This document shows positions 15,322 to 22,900 of a DNA stretch of 45,642 nucleotides, one piece after another; positions within the stretch are counted from its first letter, which is position 1; every line of letters starts with the position of its first letter. The position numbers and the translations under genes are program-made. The notes beneath the pieces were generated by a model, which was not told where the DNA came from, made no database searches, and saw nothing but the letters and a program-made list of their open reading frames with translations. The stretch lies in the IMG/VR virus record IMGVR_UViG_3300009073_000008; one strand, written 5' to 3'. This DNA is from a virus.

Positions 15322-15387
15322 TTAAATTGTTAAGGTCTCTTTTTTCCTAACTTATAAAAGTATAACATATGCACAAAATCGTGCAAG

Positions 15388-15555
15388 CTATTTTTCCCCC
15401 TCTTTTTCCCCCTCACCTGTGGATAACTTTTTGAGATATGTTGTTATCGTTCTTTCAGTTTTTCCAGTAGCTAATGCCAATTCTTTTCTAGTTATACCGC
15501 CGTTCTTTATACGTTTGATCTTTTCTAAAAGTAGTATGTCTGTAGAGCGTGCCAT
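15388..15555 (-). CDS. 55-aa helix-turn-helix protein (excisionase or repressor candidate; below ORF-track cutoff)
   Basis: My translation: MARSTDILLLEKIKRIKNGGITRKELALATGKTERTITTYLKKLSTGEGEKEGEK, with an HTH-like ITRKELALATGKTERTITTYL. Lies 37 nt after the int stop. Confidence 0.6.
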   Translation of the reverse strand: MARSTDILLLEKIKRIKNGGITRKELALATGKTERTITTYLKKLSTGEGEKEGEK

Positions 15556-15591
15556 GTTTATATTTTCATTTATAATTTCTCTATTGTATCA

Positions 15592-16530
15592 CTACGCCTC
15601 TTCTTGGTCAAGAAAGCCACGTGCTTTTGTCTCGAGCTTCTTATCATTGATTTGAGTGTACCTATAACTGGACTCCATATGCACGTGTCCAAGTACCAAT
15701 GAGATCAGAGAATTGTTAGCGCCTTTCTCTGTGAGATCATGTCCTTTATGGTGACGATAAGAGTGTGCGTTGACTGTCTGTTTCAACTCAGCTTTTACAG
15801 ATAGTACGCGCATCGCCTGTCCAAAGCCGGACACTTTTAATCTTCCTCCTGCACCAGACCCTTCAAAGTAATTGCCACCTACTCGCACAAACAAAGCATC
15901 ATCATCTTCTAAATCAACTCTCGCGTCAAAATACTCATCACGCAAATCACACCATTCTTGTATTGCACTAGACGTTTCTAACGTCCAAAAAACTTGTCTG
16001 AAAGGTTTAGTCCCTCGCGACTTCTTCGTTTTAATAACGGCTTGTCGCTCTTGCAGATTAACATCACAAACATCTAGTGAAAGTAGCTCTCCTATGCGCG
16101 CGCCAGTGTCCCACAATAAGCACAGTATTGCTTTATCGCGCGCCTTCCGGTACTTCGTAGCCTTACCACTTAGCTCTGCTAATGTAGTTAATAACTTCTT
16201 ATGCTCTTCCTCACTAACCACACGTGGTTGCGTGTAAACACGGCGCGGTATAGCCACGAGCTCCGGGTCAAATATATCAAAGTCTTTCATCTTGAGCCAT
16301 TTGAAAAGACCTTTTATTGCTGTCATGCGTGAGATCATGCCGTTAGGATGCCACCCTAATTCGTGCATCATCATTGAATATTCAGTTACCTCTCTGTCCG
16401 TCACTTCTTCAACATCACAGTTTTTCATGTATAGAACAAACTGCCGTATAAATTCGTATTCTTTCTTTGAGTTCTTGGTTCTCTGAGATCTCCAATCCAT
16501 GTATTCTTTGGTTGCTGTATGTAGTTTCAT
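15592..16530 (-). CDS. int: tyrosine recombinase / phage integrase
   Basis: TGARIGELLSLDVCDV (catalytic Arg), HSYRHHKGH (H-x-x-R), LGHVHMESSYRYTQ (His and Tyr). I prefer the ATG at 16530 (MKLHTATKEYMDW) over the track's TTG at 16734. Confidence 0.9.
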   Translation of the reverse strand: MKLHTATKEYMDWRSQRTKNSKKEYEFIRQFVLYMKNCDVEEVTDREVTEYSMMMHELGWHPNGMISRMTAIKGLFKWLKMKDFDIFDPELVAIPRRVYTQPRVVSEEEHKKLLTTLAELSGKATKYRKARDKAILCLLWDTGARIGELLSLDVCDVNLQERQAVIKTKKSRGTKPFRQVFWTLETSSAIQEWCDLRDEYFDARVDLEDDDALFVRVGGNYFEGSGAGGRLKVSGFGQAMRVLSVKAELKQTVNAHSYRHHKGHDLTEKGANNSLISLVLGHVHMESSYRYTQINDKKLETKARGFLDQEEA

Positions 16531-16568
16531 AAAATCAAAACCGCCAAGGGGTTCAGACCTCGGCGGTT
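16531..16568 (-). terminator. terminator-like hairpin abutting the int start codon (attenuator candidate)
   Basis: Minus strand AACCGCCGAGG-8 nt-CCTTGGCGGTT (11-bp stem), then TTGATTTT and ATG. Confidence 0.5.
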
Positions 16569-16672
16569 CATATATTCTATCACACTTTGTAAGTGCACTA
16601 AAAAATATGCCTCCGCAAGCTGAACCGTACTCTGTGTGAGTACCTTGCAGGTGTATTAAATTTGTACCCAGT

Positions 16673-16700
16673 AATATACACCATGCAGCAATATTGTCAA
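16673..16700 (-). promoter_or_regulatory. candidate int promoter
   Basis: Minus strand TTGACA-16 nt-TATATT, about 140 nt upstream of the int ATG. Confidence 0.5.
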
Positions 16701-16754
16701 GGTTCAACAAATGAGTATAACATATACATGCCAATGTGGCAAGTCCATGACTAC

Positions 16755-16792
16755 AAAATAAAAAAATCCTCAGCTCTTTTTGACTGAGGATT
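16755..16792 (-). terminator. intrinsic terminator ending late unit 2
   Basis: Minus strand AATCCTCAG-10 nt-CTGAGGATT followed by TTTTTTATTTT. Confidence 0.7.
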
Positions 16793-16836
16793 TTATGTTT
16801 ACATAGGGGTTTCCATATAGCTCTATTGACTATTTC

Positions 16837-17022
16837 CTATACTCCTTTGTTGTCTTGCACGCGTATTACATGAGCTCTGTGTGAGTATCGCTCTCGAGAC
16901 TCGCTCTGCCGTTTTGGTTCGCTGTGTATGCGCCTCGCGTTGCACACGCCACATTCCCACACGTTCTTGTCTGATAGGGATTGCCCCATGGGTGTATTGC
17001 ATCTGTGACATTGTATTGTCAT
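16837..17022 (-). CDS. 61-aa zinc-ribbon protein
   Basis: MTIQCHRCNTPMGQSLSDKNVWECGVCNARR (CxxC-15-CxxC). Its ATG overlaps the upstream stop as ATGA. Confidence 0.5.
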   Translation of the reverse strand: MTIQCHRCNTPMGQSLSDKNVWECGVCNARRIHSEPKRQSESRERYSHRAHVIRVQDNKGV

Positions 17023-17297
17023 ATCCCCTGCTCTGGTTGTGGTTGGATGTTTACGTAAGCAAAACTTCCATCTGGTCTGATCTCGATAGTGCTTTGCCAT
17101 TGATTTGCTTTGCTGTAAGCAGCCATATAGAGCTTTCGCCCTTGCATGAAATTGATACACACACCGATCTTTGGCTCTGGATGCTCTACCGAGAAATACA
17201 TGCAACCATAAGTGCTTAATACACTTGATTGCTGCGCGTGTACAGACACCGATAAAAAAAGAGTAAGTGCCACTCCTACCATTATTCTAAAGAACAT
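17019..17297 (-). CDS. 92-aa secreted protein (signal peptide)
   Basis: MFFRIMVGVALTLFLSVSVHA/QQ signal-peptide-like N-terminus. Has the only clear SD I found (GGGAG, 6 nt before the ATG). Confidence 0.7.
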   Translation of the reverse strand: MFFRIMVGVALTLFLSVSVHAQQSSVLSTYGCMYFSVEHPEPKIGVCINFMQGRKLYMAAYSKANQWQSTIEIRPDGSFAYVNIQPQPEQGI

Positions 17298-17353
17298 AAT
17301 GATCTCCCATCATTGCCATGCTCCCAGTATTGAGCGCATGGCACAATGTTATA

Positions 17354-17779
17354 TCACTTCTTACTTGCAATGATTTTATTTAACTGTTTTTTTGTCCACA
17401 CCTTTTTTGTGCCACCATCGTACACATGTGCATATTCCATTTTCAATAATGTTTGCGCAAACCATTTCCTATCTACTTTGAAATCCGCAAGGATGCGCCC
17501 ATACTTTCCACTCTCATCTTTCTGCGTCTCGCCTGTTTTCCACTTGCCAAGCAACTTCTCTCTCGCAAAATCTCTCACAATGATACCTGCCTCACGCTGC
17601 TCACCTCTTACTTCCGGGGTATCAACACCATACAACCTCACCTCTCGATCTTTCCATACAAGCGAAAACTCTATGTGTATGTTAAATCCTACGTCCACGC
17701 TATAGGTTTTCTTTATGTCACAACGAAACGTGCCATCACCATCATAGACACTGTGAAAAAAGAATTTATATACCCACAT
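17354..17779 (-). CDS. staphylococcal-nuclease (SNase/thermonuclease) fold nuclease
   Basis: VYDGDGTF, RLYGVDTPE and GKYGRILADF motifs. I prefer the ATG at 17779, 1 nt after the upstream stop. Confidence 0.8.
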   Translation of the reverse strand: MWVYKFFFHSVYDGDGTFRCDIKKTYSVDVGFNIHIEFSLVWKDREVRLYGVDTPEVRGEQREAGIIVRDFAREKLLGKWKTGETQKDESGKYGRILADFKVDRKWFAQTLLKMEYAHVYDGGTKKVWTKKQLNKIIASKK

Positions 17780-17780
17780 A

Positions 17781-18026
17781 CTATCGCGAAAGTCTAATGT
17801 GCATAGCGTAAATCGCCAAGAAAACAATGCCTAGTCGTATAAGGTACAACGATAAATCAAAGTTTACCTTGATAGCTGTTGCGAAACCAAACACTGCTGT
17901 GATGCTTAGAAATAATCCAAGGATATAATCACTTGTATTTTCTTTGTATCTGAGATATAAGTACGCGCCATACAAACAAAACGCCACCGTGAATAAACCA
18001 AGAATACTTACAATTTGCTCTACCAT
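17781..18026 (-). CDS. 81-aa polytopic membrane protein (about 3 TM)
   Basis: Hydrophobic segments ILGLFTVAFCLYGAYLYL, ILGLFLSITAVFGFATAI and LIRLGIVFLAIYAM. Confidence 0.7.
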   Translation of the reverse strand: MVEQIVSILGLFTVAFCLYGAYLYLRYKENTSDYILGLFLSITAVFGFATAIKVNFDLSLYLIRLGIVFLAIYAMHIRLSR

Positions 18027-18496
18027 TATTCTTCCTTAGTTATTTTAAATGTCTTACCCTCTACGCAACCATCATAAATTTCAACCTTAGCAATACCAAT
18101 CATGGGACTATAAATGATCTTAGACTGCAAACAGTATGTACCCTCCTCAGTTGGTAAGGCACTTATATAATTCCATGTATTGTCATTTGCATTTGTTGGT
18201 CGCTTTTTTACTTGAGCATGATATGACTTATCAACTGCTCGTGAGATAAGCTGTCTACCACCATCACGCACTTTATACAAAGAGTCCTCCCATGTAATGT
18301 CTGTTGGTCTGTACCTTGCACTATCTGAGTGGAAAGATATTTGCTCGCCAACTTCGTATGATGCTTTCTCCGGGTACACCTCAAAGTACTCACCCCAGAA
18401 ACTATGAGGCATAAGATAAAATGCAATAAACTGCGTTGCAAATACAGATGATGTAATGAGTATGTACGCTACAATAATGTCTTTAATAGCTTTCAT
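18026..18496 (-). CDS. 156-aa N-terminally anchored protein with extracytoplasmic domain
   Basis: TM segment IIVAYILITSSVFATQFIAFYL followed by a beta-rich soluble domain. Confidence 0.75.
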   Translation of the reverse strand: MKAIKDIIVAYILITSSVFATQFIAFYLMPHSFWGEYFEVYPEKASYEVGEQISFHSDSARYRPTDITWEDSLYKVRDGGRQLISRAVDKSYHAQVKKRPTNANDNTWNYISALPTEEGTYCLQSKIIYSPMIGIAKVEIYDGCVEGKTFKITKEE

Positions 18497-18696
18497 TATT
18501 TTTTGTTAATTGATACAAGGTTGCTGATGTCGAAACCACCAAGCACTCCAATAAGTCCAAAGATAAAAATTGATAATCCGTCTTTGCTGTTGTAAATCAG
18601 AAACGCATGTATAGCAACAAGGATAACCAGTAAGACGGCGGAAACAATAAGCTGCACTTTGCGGAAACTGTTATCAGCTTCTTTGTTTACTTCCAT
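18496..18696 (-). CDS. 66-aa two-TM membrane protein
   Basis: LIVSAVLLVILVAIHAFLI and IFIFGLIGVLGGF. Confidence 0.6.
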   Translation of the reverse strand: MEVNKEADNSFRKVQLIVSAVLLVILVAIHAFLIYNSKDGLSIFIFGLIGVLGGFDISNLVSINKK

Positions 18697-18865
18697 GACT
18701 TTTTATTTTATACGTCTTATATGCGTTCACTCCCATATTTCCTATCGCTCCTATCGCAACACCCGCGCTGAATATCAAAAACTGAAACCAGTGTGTCTCG
18801 ATATAACCAAGTATTCCTGCAAGGAAAAGTGCAATGCCATTTGTCTTTGTGTAAATATCAATCAT
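18674..18865 (-). CDS. 63-aa two-TM membrane protein (holin- or antiholin-like)
   Basis: GIALFLAGILGYI and FLIFSAGVAIGAIG. ATGA overlap with the endolysin stop. Confidence 0.6.
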   Translation of the reverse strand: MIDIYTKTNGIALFLAGILGYIETHWFQFLIFSAGVAIGAIGNMGVNAYKTYKIKSHGSKQRS

Positions 18866-19485
18866 ATTTTTGACTTAATACTTTTCACTGAGCGCTCAAT
18901 GTCGTCAAGATCTTTGGTTATGTCAATGGTATCTTCCCCCACGATAAGTGACGGCATAGATGGCAACCCTGCACTTACAAGGTATGGCAACATCTCGATA
19001 CTCCCAGAATAGCCATTATTCATATCCGGGTTGTTAGGCTTTCCGCCCCAGTGCAAATGCGGTGCGCTTGAGTCGCCGGTGTTATCAGTTAGTGCAATGA
19101 CCTCCCCTGCTTTCACTGTGTCGCCTTCCGTAATGTACAACTCTTCAAGGTGGCCATACGTAACTGTGAGCCCCACTTTTGGATAGTAGAGACGCAACAT
19201 GTGGCCATATCCGGCCTTGCCTTTAATGGCTTCCGCGACACGTCCATCACACTGCGCATGTACAAAGATGTGGCCGTTGAGTGTATCTTCGTTTACAAGC
19301 ACACCATCAATAACAGTTGATGCTTCTTGGTAATACTCTGTGCTCTTAGGGTTGCGATCTGTGAAGCGTGTGCGGTTATCAATGCCATTATGACCAACCA
19401 TGCCATACTTTGCGTAGTAAGAATTTTTACCAAACTTTTGTGTGGTTCGTATTTTTCTCAGTGGGTAATAGTCAAATTGTTCCAT
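18862..19485 (-). CDS. M23 (LytM-type) peptidoglycan endopeptidase, endolysin
   Basis: GHNGIDNR (HxxxD) and SSAPHLHWG (HxH) motifs. Adjacent to the holin candidate. Confidence 0.88.
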   Translation of the reverse strand: MEQFDYYPLRKIRTTQKFGKNSYYAKYGMVGHNGIDNRTRFTDRNPKSTEYYQEASTVIDGVLVNEDTLNGHIFVHAQCDGRVAEAIKGKAGYGHMLRLYYPKVGLTVTYGHLEELYITEGDTVKAGEVIALTDNTGDSSAPHLHWGGKPNNPDMNNGYSGSIEMLPYLVSAGLPSMPSLIVGEDTIDITKDLDDIERSVKSIKSKI

Positions 19486-19494
19486 ATGTTTTTG

Positions 19495-19980
19495 TTATCC
19501 CAATTTAGGCGCGTCTTTTGCATCAACATCATGGTCAATACCATTGTTGCCACGCTCAAAGCTCTCTGGCGTCCCATAACTAACACTAGTAATGTTGTCG
19601 TTTATATGTGGATTTTTAAAGGCGCTTGTCACATCATCCATTTCTGCTGATGTTTCCATAGGCTTAATCGGCATAAACTTTGCATCGTTCTTATCAGACT
19701 TCATCCATTTTTGATACACGATCTGTGAGACTGTGAATACTGATGTCGCACTTGCAATGATGTCCTGCAAACTCGCAAATGTCAGTGATACGCCGTGTGT
19801 AACCACCGCAATGAGTGCACCAATCACCACTGAAAATGTAACGGCCACTGCAAAGCGTGCATCTGACTCATTGATTTTGTACTTGTGTACGATAAGCCCA
19901 ACGATCTTTGGGGCTACTGTTCCTGTAAGAAACGAGAACCCAAGCATGAACATTGCTGTTGACTCTGGTGTTAATTCCAT
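19495..19980 (-). CDS. putative holin
   Basis: N-terminal TM segments (MFMLGFSFLTGTVAPKIVGLIV, FAVAVTFSVVIGALIAVV) with a hydrophilic tail. Immediately upstream of the endolysin. Confidence 0.6.
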   Translation of the reverse strand: MELTPESTAMFMLGFSFLTGTVAPKIVGLIVHKYKINESDARFAVAVTFSVVIGALIAVVTHGVSLTFASLQDIIASATSVFTVSQIVYQKWMKSDKNDAKFMPIKPMETSAEMDDVTSAFKNPHINDNITSVSYGTPESFERGNNGIDHDVDAKDAPKLG

Positions 19981-19996
19981 ATGTATATATTAGAGA

Positions 19997-22900
19997 TTAA
20001 AAGTCTATCTTATTGCCATCTGTACCTACTTTGAATTGTGCAAAGCGTAGGTATGTAGTCTTTGATGGACTCCATGAGCTATCACCGCCACCGTAAAATG
20101 TGCTCAATGTCATTTCAGTAACATCCCAGTCGCTACCAGATGCAATAAATTGGTGATTTTGTAGATCAATTTTCTTGACTCCATTGATATAAATAACAAG
20201 TGAGCCATCATTATTGCCCGGTGTACCTACATTGAGATGGTGTGTAATGGTTGTCCATTTGTCTGGCTCAACATATACACCAGTATCAAAGTACTCACCC
20301 CAGTAATTAGGCTGATTGAGATGATACATGTACAACTTAATCTGTTTGTCGCTGCCATCTGTATTTGCTTTCCACATCATGCGCGCCGTCATACCTTGCC
20401 CCGGTGTAGCACCTCCTGTTGGTGTGTCTCCACCGCCCGGGCCGGGTAGCTTACCGCCACGTGAGTATTCAAACCCCGGCATAAACTTAAATTTGTACGA
20501 TGTCCACACTTCTTTATGTGAGCCACCAATAAACCACGGCGCAAGAATATGGTTAGAGCCGCCTGATGATGGTATCAACCTACACTCAAGTACATTGCCC
20601 TCCTGTGGGTCTGCAACAATCGCGCAATCCTGTGTGCCGTTAGGTGTGTAGTCAGCACCGTGAGGGCTGTAAGCAGCCATCTCTTGACCAGAAATTTGAC
20701 CATACGCCTTCTGAGACTTCTTTGTGAAATCAATGTGCAAAATATCTGGTGTATTACCATCCGTGCCGGCAACTACTGCACCACCTGTACCAGTATCACC
20801 GCTACCATTGCCACCTTGTACTCCGTCAATTTGACAATTCTCACGCGTAATTTCATAAGTGAATTGTGGCTCATCGTCATAGTGCGCAGCCATCGCATCA
20901 AACGTCTCATCATCATTTGTGATGCCATCGTTATTTTTATCAAAGTATTGGTGTGACTCCCATACAATATTGTCGTCATCAATCCACGGGCCATTCGGGT
21001 GATGCTCCGGGGCGCTGTACGCTCCAGACCACTGTGCTGTAGGTACATAGATCAATCCTGTGTAGCTGTTGTTGCGTAAGTGGTTGACGATAGATGTGCT
21101 CATGCCCTCCCATGTTTGACCTTGCTGCAAAGCAGATTGTCCAGTGTTGGGAAATACCTGCGATGGCTCATTCATAATGTCGATACCATGAAAACATGTG
21201 TAGCCCTTAATTTCATTTACAATATTAAGAATTTGCGCATTACAATTTGCCTGTGTCCAACCTTGGCCAAGGCGCTGCGTTGCAAAAGGTGGTGTTGCAC
21301 CTGTAATAAATGCACCATAGTTGTGGATGTCCACAAGTACACGCACACTTGGGCTCACATTTTGTGCAAAGGTTAGTACGTCCTTTAGCCTATTCATTTC
21401 TAGTGGCTCAAAAGTTGTATCTGTTTGTGATGTGTAAAACTTCTCAAGTCGTACCGGTACACGTATAAATGTTAAACCTCTGTCATAGTGAAATTGCAAA
21501 AGAGCCTGTGATGGATAGCGGTTTTTATCTGAGGTATAATTGTCCTCCCATTCGTTCGTAAAGTTGTTTGCACTATGTACTGAGCTCGGGCCATCTGGTG
21601 CAAAACCAAACTCTGCGCCTGCCGTGTTAGAGCCTCGCAAATAATCTAGCGTTGTGACGTTAGCTTCATTTCCGTATGGGTTGTTTGTCTCAATAAATGG
21701 CTCTTCATTCCAACGTGGCGTGACAAAACTTCCTGAGTCATCATGGATAGAGTATGCGTATGAGCCCCAAAATTCACCTGTCGCCCATAGTGTCGCTTCA
21801 ATCTTCCAGTTATTCCATATAGCAAATACTTTGTTGGTCATTCTAATCCACTTTGCACGATCTGCCGGTGGTATATCATTGTCCTTACCTTCAAAGGGGG
21901 TGTTCGCAAAAGCCCACGGTACACCAAACTCGCCAATCAAACCTTTTTTACCATTGAGCCAATCAACCCATTCTTTCGCAACACGCATTGCTCGCGCTTC
22001 CAGTGCATTTTCAGAAGTGATAACTCCACATGTTGGCAATCCACCGCCACCACCAGAGCCGCCGGTGTATGTGAAAGATCCTTGTCCTGCAAATCCGGAT
22101 GCGTCATTTACTTCTTGCTGATATGTGCGTCCTGCAAAATTTCCAATGTGTGACTTCTCCGGGTAATAATGACCTTGATACACAATGTGGTTTCCTCCAA
22201 GTGGGTCATTTATCCAAGGGCCCCCACCATGCCTAAAGTTCAAGTCCTGTACACCAGAGTAATTGCCAAGTGGCACTGTGATGTCGCCTGTGTAACCAAT
22301 CGTGCTACCACGCAATACATTGACAATGTTTTGTGAGATTGTTTCCCATTCGTTTGAGTCAACTTGTGATGGCTCATTGCATATATCAAGCATGAAAAGA
22401 GCTGGGTGATTTTTCAGTTGTACGTAGTTTCCATTCGCATCATTAAACCCATGATTGCAAAGTGCCGTCATGTATTTAATGTAGTCGTTGTAGCCCTGTG
22501 TTGTTGCAAGTGTATTACCACCAATCTTTGCGTAGTTGCCACCGCCTGTGCCGGGATGTAGATAGTCAAGGATGATCTTAGTGCCATCTTTCTGTGCCTC
22601 ATTAAGCACTCTTTCTACATGTAAGATAAGACTTTCACCCTCAAATGTTCCAAAAGAGTCAGTGTTTACATTCCATATGTTGACATTCTGATTGTTTTCA
22701 CCAATCGCATATCGCTGAACCGTAGCACCCTTTTCTCGAAAAAACTTAAAGTCGCTTGCCAGTGGCGCTTTAGATGCAAGCGTATTAACTGAAACAAACT
22801 CTTGTCCTGCATAAGCGTTACCTGTAAATGGTACATCCCTATCTCCAAGGTTCGTATCAAGTGCTGCTGCTATCGCTGTTGGTGTCCAATTACCACCTGC

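Noticed and set aside
15391-15414. Tandem 12-bp repeat TTTTTCCCCCTC x2
   Set aside because: It lies within the 3' end of the 55-aa HTH ORF and encodes the GEKEGEK tail. It is a low-complexity coding repeat rather than a regulatory array.
16539-16568. GGGGTTCAGACC resembles a tRNA T-arm next to int (possible tRNA-derived attP core)
   Set aside because: The surrounding sequence forms a simple 11-bp hairpin. It does not form a T-stem/acceptor-stem arrangement and has no CCA-proximal acceptor sequence.
16531-16734. N-terminal 68-codon extension of the integrase ORF in the track (TTG start at 16734)
   Set aside because: The extension is Cys-rich and unlike a real protein, starts at TTG, and covers a good promoter and two hairpins. 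The conserved integrase sequence begins at the ATG at 16530.
17023-17205. Upstream part of ORF 16837..17205, which overlaps the 92-aa secreted-protein gene in another frame
   Set aside because: Only the distal 61 codons, which start with an ATGA overlap and encode a zinc ribbon, look like a gene. The rest is an out-of-frame shadow of gene 17019..17297.
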